Of a stretch of DNA of 64,000 bases, positions 16,792 through 24,896 are shown piece after piece. The translations under genes and the position numbers were made by a program. The stretch spans positions 984,698 through 1,048,697 of the forward strand of contig OZ271832.1 in the NCBI GenBank assembly GCA_965601475.1. Reading direction: 5' to 3'. Origin of the DNA: Cyclobacteriaceae bacterium (GTDB lineage: Bacteria; Bacteroidota; Bacteroidia; Cytophagales; Cyclobacteriaceae). A model generated the notes under the pieces. That model did no database searches. It saw only the letters and a list, made by a program, of their open reading frames with translations, and was not told the origin of the DNA. How positions within the stretch are numbered: position 1 is the stretch's first letter; every line of letters starts with the position of its first letter.

Positions 16792-17739
16792 TTAGTACTT
16801 GATGATGTAATGGACGTAGGCATTCCGGGGACGCGTCTCATCTCCACCTCGGTCGTTGATGGTTATGCCAGTGAACGCCACTTCAGTTTGTCTGACAACG
16901 GAAGTCTCCGAATCATCAGCCACGTTTCTGTCATTGGCGTCATCCGATTCTTGGTTATTCTGAAAAAGATCTCGATAGTCGTGCAGGTGACCGGGATCAT
17001 TAATACTGTGATCGTGTTCACCAAATTCATCATTTTGATAGCTCCCGACCAGGTTGCCGGTATTTCCACCATTCAGTGCGAACCTGCTGTTCTTGTTGGG
17101 GTCCACGTTAGCATCTCCTGCCACGCCTCTCAGGAAGTACCCCCGCAAATCCGGAACCCTAAAGTTCGTGGCTCCATCCCCTCCCCAGGCGGTACCAATG
17201 GCGGCAAAGAGCTCCGGGAAATCGGAGATGTTTTTCAAAGATCCATCACAGACCAGGTAGCCATCCGGCAGGTTGGTGTCGACTTCACCGGCGAAGGGCA
17301 AAATGGACCCTGCGGGAACCCCATTTTCCGCCCGGGAAGCGGCCTGGGCATAAGGCACACTCAGTAATTGCGTCTCACTGACTGTGACAAAATCGGTGTT
17401 ATTGACGCTGACTTCAGCTTTAAGGAAGTAGTTGATATTGATCCAATCCAGGCCATAAAACACTGCCTGATTAACGGATCCTACCGTGGTACTGAAAACC
17501 CCAAATGCATCTGTCAGGAGCTCATGGGTCTCCGTGAAATCCGGTGAGGCGCTATTGCCTTCTTCAAAAATGGAAAAGCGAACGAAAACATTTTCCCCTC
17601 CCAGGGCATTGCCATCGAAATCCCTGGCGTAGCCCTGGAAACTAAAACCCTTCTCGTTGATCTGGGCCACCGCCATGTTGCCAAGAATGAAAAGGAATAG
17701 GGAAAATGCAATCGTCAATCTGGTTGTATGCCTGCTCAT
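16792..17739 (-). CDS. Secreted phage-tail-collar (tail-fibre-like) domain protein
   Basis: The signal peptide is LTIAFSLFLFILGNMAVAQ. The central GSILPFAGEVDTNLPDGYLVCDGSLKNISDFPELFAAIGTAWGGDGATNFRVPDLRGYFLRG is a textbook tail-collar motif. The C-terminus has HDH and HLH motifs and ends ETRPRNAYVHYIIKY. The gene ends 21 nt before the giant gene starts. Confidence 0.85.
   Translation of the reverse strand: MSRHTTRLTIAFSLFLFILGNMAVAQINEKGFSFQGYARDFDGNALGGENVFVRFSIFEEGNSASPDFTETHELLTDAFGVFSTTVGSVNQAVFYGLDWININYFLKAEVSVNNTDFVTVSETQLLSVPYAQAASRAENGVPAGSILPFAGEVDTNLPDGYLVCDGSLKNISDFPELFAAIGTAWGGDGATNFRVPDLRGYFLRGVAGDANVDPNKNSRFALNGGNTGNLVGSYQNDEFGEHDHSINDPGHLHDYRDLFQNNQESDDANDRNVADDSETSVVRQTEVAFTGITINDRGGDETRPRNAYVHYIIKY
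17125..17319 (-). other. Phage tail collar domain core (aa 141-205)
   Basis: The motif is P.G...CDG......Y..LF..IG..WGG.G...F.VPDLRG.F.RG. Confidence 0.8.
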
Positions 17740-17762
17740 TGAAGTGAGATTTTTATAACTGG

Positions 17763-17779
17763 TGCATGATTTGCATGAT
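17763..17779. promoter_or_regulatory. Tandem direct repeat TGCATGAT-T-TGCATGAT upstream of the tail-collar gene
   Basis: An exact 8-mer occurs twice with 9-bp periodicity, 24-40 nt upstream of the ATG at 17739. Any function is unproven. Confidence 0.3.
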
Positions 17780-17867
17780 GAAGATAGGCAATGACATCAC
17801 CGAACAGGCCGGTCAAAAATGTATGCAGGATTTCTGTAAATGAAGTGTCAGATCGTGTAAATAGACC

Positions 17868-18599
17868 CTAATCCGGGTCAGAGGAAGAGAGCAAATTGAT
17901 ACGGTTAATGAGTTCTGCCTGTAGCGACCTACTGATCGGCAGCCCTTCCCCGTCTATGTAGATCTGCGAGTGGTTGATAGCCGTAATGGCATCCACATTG
18001 ACAACATGCGATCTGTGTATGCGCAGGAATTTTGTATTGGGCAGCTGGGCTTCGACTTTCTTCAAGATGTTTCTAACGACGAACTTCTTGTCCGCGGTTT
18101 GTATCTCGGTGTACGCACCCTCCGCTTTTAGCCAGCGAATGGTATGGAATCGCAGCCTGATATAGACATTGATGTTGCGGATGAACAAACTGTCGTTGAG
18201 GGTAGAAATCGAATCCAGCTCTTCCACTGGGTTAGGGTCGTTGAATACCGCCATCTCAATGGCAATTCTGAGATCTTCCACTTTGAAAGGCTTGCTGAGA
18301 TAGGCATGAGGCTTTAGTCTTTTGGCTCTTTGAACTACCTCAGATTCGGTGTGGGACGTAATGAAGATGATAGACGGCGTCCACTTAATCTTTTCCGCCA
18401 GATCCAAACCCGTCTTGTCAGACCCCAAATCGATATCCACGAGGACAAGGTCCGGTTTGTTTTTATCTATGGCATTGAGGGCCTTGTCATAATCCTGAAA
18501 AGCACCCATGACCTCAAGACCACAGTCCTCAACGATCATCTGCAGATACTCCAGGGTACTGATCTCGTCCTCAATGATGATTGCTGTGATCTTATTCAT
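17868..18599 (-). CDS. LytTR-family response regulator
   Basis: The receiver is ITAIIIEDE...DLVLVDIDLG...LSKPF. The LytTR DNA-binding domain is IRWLKAEGAYTEIQT...FLRIHRSHVVNVDAI. I used the internal ATG (MNKITAII); the track ORF starts 18 nt further upstream at a TTG. Confidence 0.9.
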   Translation of the reverse strand: MNKITAIIIEDEISTLEYLQMIVEDCGLEVMGAFQDYDKALNAIDKNKPDLVLVDIDLGSDKTGLDLAEKIKWTPSIIFITSHTESEVVQRAKRLKPHAYLSKPFKVEDLRIAIEMAVFNDPNPVEELDSISTLNDSLFIRNINVYIRLRFHTIRWLKAEGAYTEIQTADKKFVVRNILKKVEAQLPNTKFLRIHRSHVVNVDAITAINHSQIYIDGEGLPISRSLQAELINRINLLSSSDPD

Positions 18600-18603
18600 G
18601 GCT

Positions 18604-20703
18604 TCAAGAAACACCAATACTTACGGTAAAGGTACTGCGCTTCCCGAGTTCGCTGGTAGCAGACAGTCGGGCATTGTTTTTCTCAGCCAGTTCCCTGGAT
18701 AGCATGAGCCCAAGTCCAGTACCGATTTCCTGATTGGTTCCAGCTACCACGGGGGCCGTGTTATTGAAAATATCCTTCAAAGTTTCTTCGGAAATACCTG
18801 TGCCTTCATCCCGCACATTGATGAGAAGGTCAGACTCCGCCTCGGCGGAGTCTATCACCACCATGTCTCCCTCCTTACTGTATTTGATCGCATTGGCCAC
18901 CAGGTTTCTGATGACGATCTGCATCATTTCATTATCCAATTCAGCGACATGCTGATCCAGGCATTCATTGGACAGCGTAACCCCTTTTTCCGAAGCCAAT
19001 GGCTTGAGCAAGACCATGGCATGATCAACCAACTCCCGGACCTTCACCATTTCCAGTTGCGGCTTCAGCTCATTCAGCTGGGACTGAGCCCAGCGCAGCA
19101 GGTTATTCATATAAAGAGAGGTATCTGACAGTCTCAGATTCAAATGTCGGGTGCGCTCCTCCAGTTGTTCCTGATCTATCCGCTTAGCTTCAAACAAGGC
19201 AATCGTATTTTGCAATGCAAAAAGTGGGGACTTCAGGTCATGAGAAAGGACACCTAGTATCTTGGTGTTCAGCGTATTAAGCTTTTCCAATTCCACCTTG
19301 GTTTTATGCTCCTTCATGCGGTTTCGGTTGATCAGGTAAGCGATGAGTCCGAGCAATATGGAAAAAACCACACTGGCAATAATCAGGTTGCGCTGGTCCC
19401 TCAATGCCGCCTGGGCCTTTTGTCTTTCCCTTTGACGTTCCACTTCCAATCCCCGCCTTTCATTGTCGAACTGGTATTCCGCCTCCAGCATAGAGATTTC
19501 TTCGATTTTTTCTTTGTTCAACAGACTGTCAGTAAGCCCCGTGTAGGATTTCAGATAGAGAAAGGCCTCCGGCCAGTTCCTGCGCTCTTCATAGAACTCA
19601 TACAGTTGCAAGGCAATATCCTGCATCAGATCCTTCCTTCCGATGGATTCAGACAACGCATAGGCCCTGAGCCATTGCTGTTCAGCTTGGGTGAATTCCT
19701 GACGTGAGTAGTGAAAATCTCCAAGTACCTTATGGTTCGTAGCAGTGATGGAAGTTTCACCACACGATCCGGATTCCCGCAGGGCAATGTCAGCATAGTA
19801 TTTGGCCGAATCCAATTCGCCCATTGCCAGGAAGGCCTGGGCCATTGTGGTCATCGGATAAATGGTCATGCAATTTCTGCGAATCCAGTATTGGAGTCCT
19901 ATCCTAAGTTCCTCCACCGCCTGAGCCGGAGCATTGTTTTCCAGGAAAGCACCACCCAGATTGGTGTGGACGTTGCCCAAATAGCGATCGGTCAATACGG
20001 TATCGCCATCCAGTGTTTTGTAATAGTATTCGATCGCCCGATCCACATCCTTCATATACCTGTAGGTATTGCCAATGGCGAGCAGCGAAACCCTGGTGCG
20101 CTGATCAAGCTGGAGCGCCTCGTAGATATCCAGGGCCAGTAGTTGATTTGTCAAAGCCTCATAATATCGACCCAGGGCACTATACTTATTACCCAGATTG
20201 TTATGCGCATTGGCCAACCCAACACTATCCCGGACCTCCACCAGGACGGGTATGGCCATCTCCAATACCCTAGCCGCGGAATCATACTGACTCAATCGTG
20301 ACAACACACTCGCAATGTTTACCATGGTATTGCTCAACGTTTTGGCATGCCCCCCTGCCTTGGCGACGTCATAGCTTTGACCCATGAAATAGCCAGCGGA
20401 GTCAAACTGGCCATTGATCTTGTAACAAAGTCCAATGTTGGAAAGGAATTTGGCATAACCCTCTGTATCCCTCCCCTCCTTTATGGTCGCGAGCAAATGA
20501 TTCCCAAGGGCAATAGCCCTTTCCAGTTGATCCCTTTGAGCGTAGAACGCCATTTGCTCGGCATAGCCCCGCCAGAGCACATTTGGATTGGCTGCGGTCG
20601 CCACCTTATTGATGAGGCTGTCCGGAAGTTCCTGGCTTTTTAGTTCAAAAAGCAGAAATAGCGTAACGAGTGGACAGATTGTCCTGAGTAATGCTGGTTT
20701 CAC
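18604..20703 (-). CDS. TPR-repeat sensor histidine kinase
   Basis: It has a signal/TM N-terminus, about 350 aa of TPR-like repeats, a coiled coil, a TM segment (LIIASVVFSILLGLIAYLI), an H-box (LSHDLKSPL), an N-box (NLVANAIKYS) and G-boxes (DEGTGIS, GTGLGL). Its stop is 4 nt from the regulator start. Confidence 0.9.
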   Translation of the reverse strand: MKPALLRTICPLVTLFLLFELKSQELPDSLINKVATAANPNVLWRGYAEQMAFYAQRDQLERAIALGNHLLATIKEGRDTEGYAKFLSNIGLCYKINGQFDSAGYFMGQSYDVAKAGGHAKTLSNTMVNIASVLSRLSQYDSAARVLEMAIPVLVEVRDSVGLANAHNNLGNKYSALGRYYEALTNQLLALDIYEALQLDQRTRVSLLAIGNTYRYMKDVDRAIEYYYKTLDGDTVLTDRYLGNVHTNLGGAFLENNAPAQAVEELRIGLQYWIRRNCMTIYPMTTMAQAFLAMGELDSAKYYADIALRESGSCGETSITATNHKVLGDFHYSRQEFTQAEQQWLRAYALSESIGRKDLMQDIALQLYEFYEERRNWPEAFLYLKSYTGLTDSLLNKEKIEEISMLEAEYQFDNERRGLEVERQRERQKAQAALRDQRNLIIASVVFSILLGLIAYLINRNRMKEHKTKVELEKLNTLNTKILGVLSHDLKSPLFALQNTIALFEAKRIDQEQLEERTRHLNLRLSDTSLYMNNLLRWAQSQLNELKPQLEMVKVRELVDHAMVLLKPLASEKGVTLSNECLDQHVAELDNEMMQIVIRNLVANAIKYSKEGDMVVIDSAEAESDLLINVRDEGTGISEETLKDIFNNTAPVVAGTNQEIGTGLGLMLSRELAEKNNARLSATSELGKRSTFTVSIGVS

Positions 20704-21092
20704 AATGGTCAGTTTGAGGTTGTAAAAAACTTAAATCACAGAACGCAACGGTAGGTTAGGGTCCGGAATCGCACCGTGATCATAACAGCTGGTAAAATAG
20801 TCAAAATAGAAAATTGTCGGAAAGAGAAACGACAATCTCTAAGGTATCACCAGGTAATCCTTACGAATTCAAAACGGATGGATCTCGGGGAAGGCACTAG
20901 GTGACTGAGGCCAGAACCAAACAGAATAGGTGATTCAGTTTATCTGACACCAAACTGAGCCTTTGCAAAAACCTACAACTGCGATGGCGTCGAGAAAATA
21001 CCCTGCTGGAGCGAAAGTAACCCGCTCACTACGGACGATTTCACCATATTCCCCGATTTTCCTTAAATTAAAAACCACAAGAGCTAACCATT

Positions 21093-23234
21093 TTGCTGCC
21101 GCTAACGACCAACACCCCCATCGAGGGTTGCAATTCCTCATGTCGCTGTGATTGTCACGGACTGAGCCAAGCTTGTAAATGGCTTTTGCTCTTTCTGCTC
21201 TGGGTGGGCAACAATGGGACTATGTTGGCAAAGGCGTCTCAGGTCGACCAAAACCTAACTCAGAAGCTGGACAGTCTGAATCAGCAGGCATACCTGGCCT
21301 ACAACTCCGACCCCCGGCAGGCCATACGCTGGTCATTGGAGGCGGTAACGAGAAGCCTGGAATCTGGCCTATATCCACAAGCGTCAGTTGCTTACAAAAA
21401 TATGGGGCTTGCCTACTGGCGACTCTCTTCCTACGACTCAAGCCTGTACTATTATGAATTGGGCAAAGAGCTTGCCGATTCCATTGGGGACGAACTCACA
21501 GGCTCCAAAATCCTTAATAACATGGCGCTTGTATACCGAGATAGAGGCCAGTACTCTACGAGTCTTGACCGCTACCTTGAAGCATTGGAAATCCAAAAAA
21601 GGCTCGAAGAATACGGTAGTTTGGCCATTACTCTCACCAATGTGGGAGCCATCTATTTTCGCCTGGGGGAAGTCGACAAAGCCAAAGAATATCTCAATCA
21701 ATCATTGGCAATGGCAACCCGGGGCAATTTCGCATTACCTGAATGCTTTGGATGCAGTGTGGCCATAGAAGTATACAGTAAGACACGCGATTATGATCGA
21801 GCGGATGCCTACTACCAGCGTGCCAGGCAGTCCTGCCAAAAGGTGAAAAGCAAGTACTACCTGGGCCTGGCCAGCTACAATTATGCCCTCATGCTGAAAA
21901 AGAAGCAAAACCTTCCGGCAGCCATAAGTGAGTTCGAGCGAAGTCTGGCCGTGATGGAGGATGTCGGGGATCGAAGGAAGCAAGCTGCAGTCATCAATCA
22001 ACTTGGCAGTATCTATTATGCCCTCAACCAAATCACAGCATCAAAGAAGTATTTTACCCGGGCCAAGCATATGGCGGTGGAGCATGGCCTGCTTGATGAA
22101 CTAAAAACTTCCTATCAGTTTCTATACAAAATTGATAGCCTGGGAGGCAGGTATGCTGCTGCCCTTGCGGGATTCCACAGATTCCACGAACTCAACGATA
22201 GCCTGTCCAGGCTACAAAGATTTTATGCCCTGGCAGAGATCAATGTGAAATACCAGACACAACAGAAGGAAATTGAAAATGAGGTCTTACGAGCGGAACG
22301 AGAACTTCAGAACGAAGTAATCAACAGACAAAAGCTCAATGCCCGAATCTATTATATCATCATTGCCGCTTCGGTCCTAATCATAGCCGTGCTTATCATT
22401 CTTGTCGTGGTCATTCGACGTAGCAATATTAGCCTGAGATCAATGAACCTGGAGATCAACAGGCAAAGCCTAGCCCTCGAAGAGAAAAACCAGGAACTGC
22501 ATCAGACCATTGATCGGCTCGAGCAAACGCAGCGGCAGCTCATAGAGTCCGAAAAAATGGCGTCACTCGGGTCATTGTCAGCCGGAATCGGTCATGAAAT
22601 CAACAATCCGCTCAACTTCATCAAAGGGAGCATTGAAGTATTGTCGAAGCACTACAAGGAGACCAAACTCAAAGTCACCGATGAAATAGCCAATAAATGC
22701 TTTGACGCTGTGAATGAAGGTGTGGACCGGGCCTCATCAATTGTCAAGAGCCTGTCACACTTCAGCAGAATGGGCGATGAAATGGACGAAAAATGTGACC
22801 TGTACGAGATCATTGACAATTGCCTGGTCATCCTGGAAAATAAGCTCAAACACAGGGTCCAGGTCACTCGAAAATACTCGAAAGAGGCCGCCATCTGTGT
22901 GGGCAATGGCGGTCGCATACATCAGGCATTTCTCAACATCCTTTCCAACGCAGAGCAATCCATTGCCGAGTCGGGAGAGATTTCTATTCACGGAAGGCTC
23001 TTCAACGGCAGCATTGGGATCAGGATATCGGATACGGGATCGGGGATTAGTCAAGATAATCTCAGCAGAATCATGGAGCCCTTTTTCACCACAAAAAACC
23101 CTGGGGAAGGTACCGGACTCGGTTTATCAATTACCTACCGCATCATTCAGGAGCATGGTGGTACTATCTCGGTAGATTCGGCACTTGGGGGCGGCACCAC
23201 TGTCTCGATCGTACTCCCAAGAAAAATAGACTAA
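21093..23234 (+). CDS. TPR-repeat sensor histidine kinase (paralog, orphan)
   Basis: It has TPR repeats, a TM segment (IYYIIIAASVLIIAVLIILVVVI), an H-box (GIGHEINNPL), an N-box (LNILSNAEQS) and G-boxes (DTGSGIS, GTGLGLS). The start is uncertain: TTG at 21093 or an ATG about 43 codons later. Confidence 0.85.
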   Translation: MLPLTTNTPIEGCNSSCRCDCHGLSQACKWLLLFLLWVGNNGTMLAKASQVDQNLTQKLDSLNQQAYLAYNSDPRQAIRWSLEAVTRSLESGLYPQASVAYKNMGLAYWRLSSYDSSLYYYELGKELADSIGDELTGSKILNNMALVYRDRGQYSTSLDRYLEALEIQKRLEEYGSLAITLTNVGAIYFRLGEVDKAKEYLNQSLAMATRGNFALPECFGCSVAIEVYSKTRDYDRADAYYQRARQSCQKVKSKYYLGLASYNYALMLKKKQNLPAAISEFERSLAVMEDVGDRRKQAAVINQLGSIYYALNQITASKKYFTRAKHMAVEHGLLDELKTSYQFLYKIDSLGGRYAAALAGFHRFHELNDSLSRLQRFYALAEINVKYQTQQKEIENEVLRAERELQNEVINRQKLNARIYYIIIAASVLIIAVLIILVVVIRRSNISLRSMNLEINRQSLALEEKNQELHQTIDRLEQTQRQLIESEKMASLGSLSAGIGHEINNPLNFIKGSIEVLSKHYKETKLKVTDEIANKCFDAVNEGVDRASSIVKSLSHFSRMGDEMDEKCDLYEIIDNCLVILENKLKHRVQVTRKYSKEAAICVGNGGRIHQAFLNILSNAEQSIAESGEISIHGRLFNGSIGIRISDTGSGISQDNLSRIMEPFFTTKNPGEGTGLGLSITYRIIQEHGGTISVDSALGGGTTVSIVLPRKID

Positions 23235-23296
23235 GAAAACAACTCAATCACCTATCTATTTGGTGCTAGCCCCCAATGGAAAAGGTCTTTGCTGCA

Positions 23297-23321
23297 TAAA
23301 AAAACCCGGCTATTGCCGGGT
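23297..23321 (-). terminator. Rho-independent terminator (A-run/hairpin; strongest for the minus-strand SnoaL-like gene)
   Basis: In aaaaaaacccggc tatt gccgggt, the minus strand reads ACCCGGC-aata-GCCGGGT followed by T7. Confidence 0.65.
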
Positions 23322-23347
23322 CCATTTCTTATGACTGTACGAGTCTA

Positions 23348-23704
23348 TCAGTTGTTGGAATAGTAGAAACGCTCATGTACGATTTTACCGTCCTTCCATC
23401 GCTGTACACCAGTCTGCTCCATGGTTACGCGATTACCATCTTTGAAGCTGACGTCCATTGAGGTCTCATGGATCACCACACCGGCTTCTTCATCTGAGGT
23501 GATCGCTTTCACCTCCAGACCGTGAAACTCCTGAACATTGTTGAGGAATTGCTCCTCATAAGCCCTACAGGCAACTTTACCTTCCCTGACACCCATGGGC
23601 TCCACCATAACGACATCATCCGAATAGTACTTCTCAAATGCATCCAGCAATTGGCCTTGTCCGATCATGTTGTAAATGTCCTGGGTTTTTTCTTTTAATG
23701 TCAT
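23348..23704 (-). CDS. SnoaL-like / NTF2-fold protein
   Basis: The 118-aa product has the pattern DAFEKYYSDDVVMVEP...QRWKDGKIVHERFYY, typical of ketosteroid-isomerase-like SnoaL proteins. Confidence 0.75.
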   Translation of the reverse strand: MTLKEKTQDIYNMIGQGQLLDAFEKYYSDDVVMVEPMGVREGKVACRAYEEQFLNNVQEFHGLEVKAITSDEEAGVVIHETSMDVSFKDGNRVTMEQTGVQRWKDGKIVHERFYYSNN

Positions 23705-23716
23705 TACGATTGTTTT

Positions 23717-23753
23717 TTTAAATGTACATACATATACTGTACATACATTTAAA
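23717..23753. promoter_or_regulatory. AT-rich operator-like element: perfect 10-bp inverted repeat enclosing an 11-bp direct repeat
   Basis: TTTAAATGTA (23717-23726) and TACATTTAAA (23744-23753) form the inverted repeat. TGTACATACAT occurs at 23723-23733 and again at 23738-23748. The element lies 13-49 nt upstream of the SnoaL-like start. Confidence 0.35.
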
Positions 23754-23900
23754 AGGTTTAGAAATTAGCCACTTTTTTTCGATTTCCTTCAGGACTTACC
23801 TGCGGCTGACTGCAAACCAGCGGTTGATTGAACTTGACAGCGCTGTAGTAAAGAATTTAGGTAATGACCAGGTTTATAACCCCTGCTGGCACTGTGCCCG

Positions 23901-24464
23901 CTATTCTCCTCTCAATACGGGTACTACAAGGGTCACCAAAAAATCATCCCCAACAAGGAATTCCATGAAATTGCCCATGATGCCGAAGTCCTTGCGATTG
24001 ACCTGCAACTCTCCTTCGAACACGCCAGTGCTTCCCCGATCCGAGAAAGTGAAGGGAAGCCGCACTTCCTTCTTCACTCCTCGCAGATCGAGTTCGCCTA
24101 CCGCCAAGTAGCCATTTGAGGTCTTCTCTATTCGGTCGGAAGTGAAATGTATTCTGGGATGTGCCTTGGCATAAAACCAATTCTCACTCCGGGCATGCTT
24201 GTCTTTGGTGTTGTTGCCGGTATTGATGGTTGCCACTGAGACGCTGACATCAAAACCCGCATCACCGAGGTCTTTAGGGTCAAAGCGAATGGTTCCTTCA
24301 AGCCCCGAGAGTGTACCTTCGGCTTTCTTACCCGAAAATGCAATTTCGTAGTCTTGGCCAATCTCCCACTGTTGACCCTTTGCAGTTGGCACGCAAAGTG
24401 CCATCAAGGTTACCAACATCAAAAATTGCCATGATTTAGTAGTGAGGTATCTTTTGAGCGTCAT
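23901..24464 (-). CDS. YceI-family (polyisoprenoid-binding) periplasmic protein
   Basis: It has a signal peptide. The span FDPKDLGDAGFDVSVSVATINTGNNTKDKHARSENWFYAKAHPRIHFTS matches the YceI pattern. It is joined to the upstream gene by a TGATG junction. Confidence 0.85.
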   Translation of the reverse strand: MTLKRYLTTKSWQFLMLVTLMALCVPTAKGQQWEIGQDYEIAFSGKKAEGTLSGLEGTIRFDPKDLGDAGFDVSVSVATINTGNNTKDKHARSENWFYAKAHPRIHFTSDRIEKTSNGYLAVGELDLRGVKKEVRLPFTFSDRGSTGVFEGELQVNRKDFGIMGNFMEFLVGDDFLVTLVVPVLRGE

Positions 24465-24889
24465 CAGTTCAGGAATTTGATGTCGATGGATAAATCCTCT
24501 TCATTTCCAGTAATAACCACTGTGGAGCGTTCGAAGTTAGGACGTCCAAACCTAAATTGATTCGTTACGCCAACACGTTCCTTGGGCATCCCGATAAAAT
24601 TCCGGTCTACCTCTCCATTGCTATTTTCATCGTGAGTCACCGTGATTGCATAACTACCTCGAGGTACATCGCTAAAGGTGTAAGCCACTGATCCTTTTTT
24701 CGCAGGTACTTCTCCTATCTTCAAGGCCTTCTCTCGCGCAGCAGGAAAGCCCTCCTCATTATCGAACATCATGAAGACAACTTGTCCTTTGTCACTCTCC
24801 ACGGCTCCCACCGCGATGGTCACATTGGTTTGGGCCAGGGAGGCCACGGCCGCAGCAATTCCTATGATCAAAATGATTACTCTTTTCAT
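24464..24889 (-). CDS. DUF2141-like secreted protein
   Basis: I used the internal ATG (MKRVIILIIGIAAAVASLAQ). The segments DKGQVVFMMFDNEEGFP... and HDENSNGEVDRNFIGMPKE are typical of DUF2141. Confidence 0.75.
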   Translation of the reverse strand: MKRVIILIIGIAAAVASLAQTNVTIAVGAVESDKGQVVFMMFDNEEGFPAAREKALKIGEVPAKKGSVAYTFSDVPRGSYAITVTHDENSNGEVDRNFIGMPKERVGVTNQFRFGRPNFERSTVVITGNEEDLSIDIKFLN

Positions 24890-24896
24890 TATCTGT

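Noticed and set aside
16786-17367. A 193-aa plus-strand ORF opposite the tail-collar gene.
   Set aside because: The minus-strand frame carries the textbook tail-collar motif and a signal peptide. The plus-strand frame has no features.
16792-17739. The possibility that the tail-collar gene marks a prophage or a tailocin cluster.
   Set aside because: No capsid, terminase, portal, sheath, tube, baseplate, tape-measure, lysis or integrase genes are present anywhere in the 64 kb. The flanking genes are a two-component system and T9SS cargo.
6250-17739. A diversity-generating retroelement acting on the LamG/lectin-like domains.
   Set aside because: There is no reverse transcriptase gene in the window. 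I found no near-identical template/variable DNA repeat pair. The repeated protein modules are diverged throughout rather than at adenine-specific positions.
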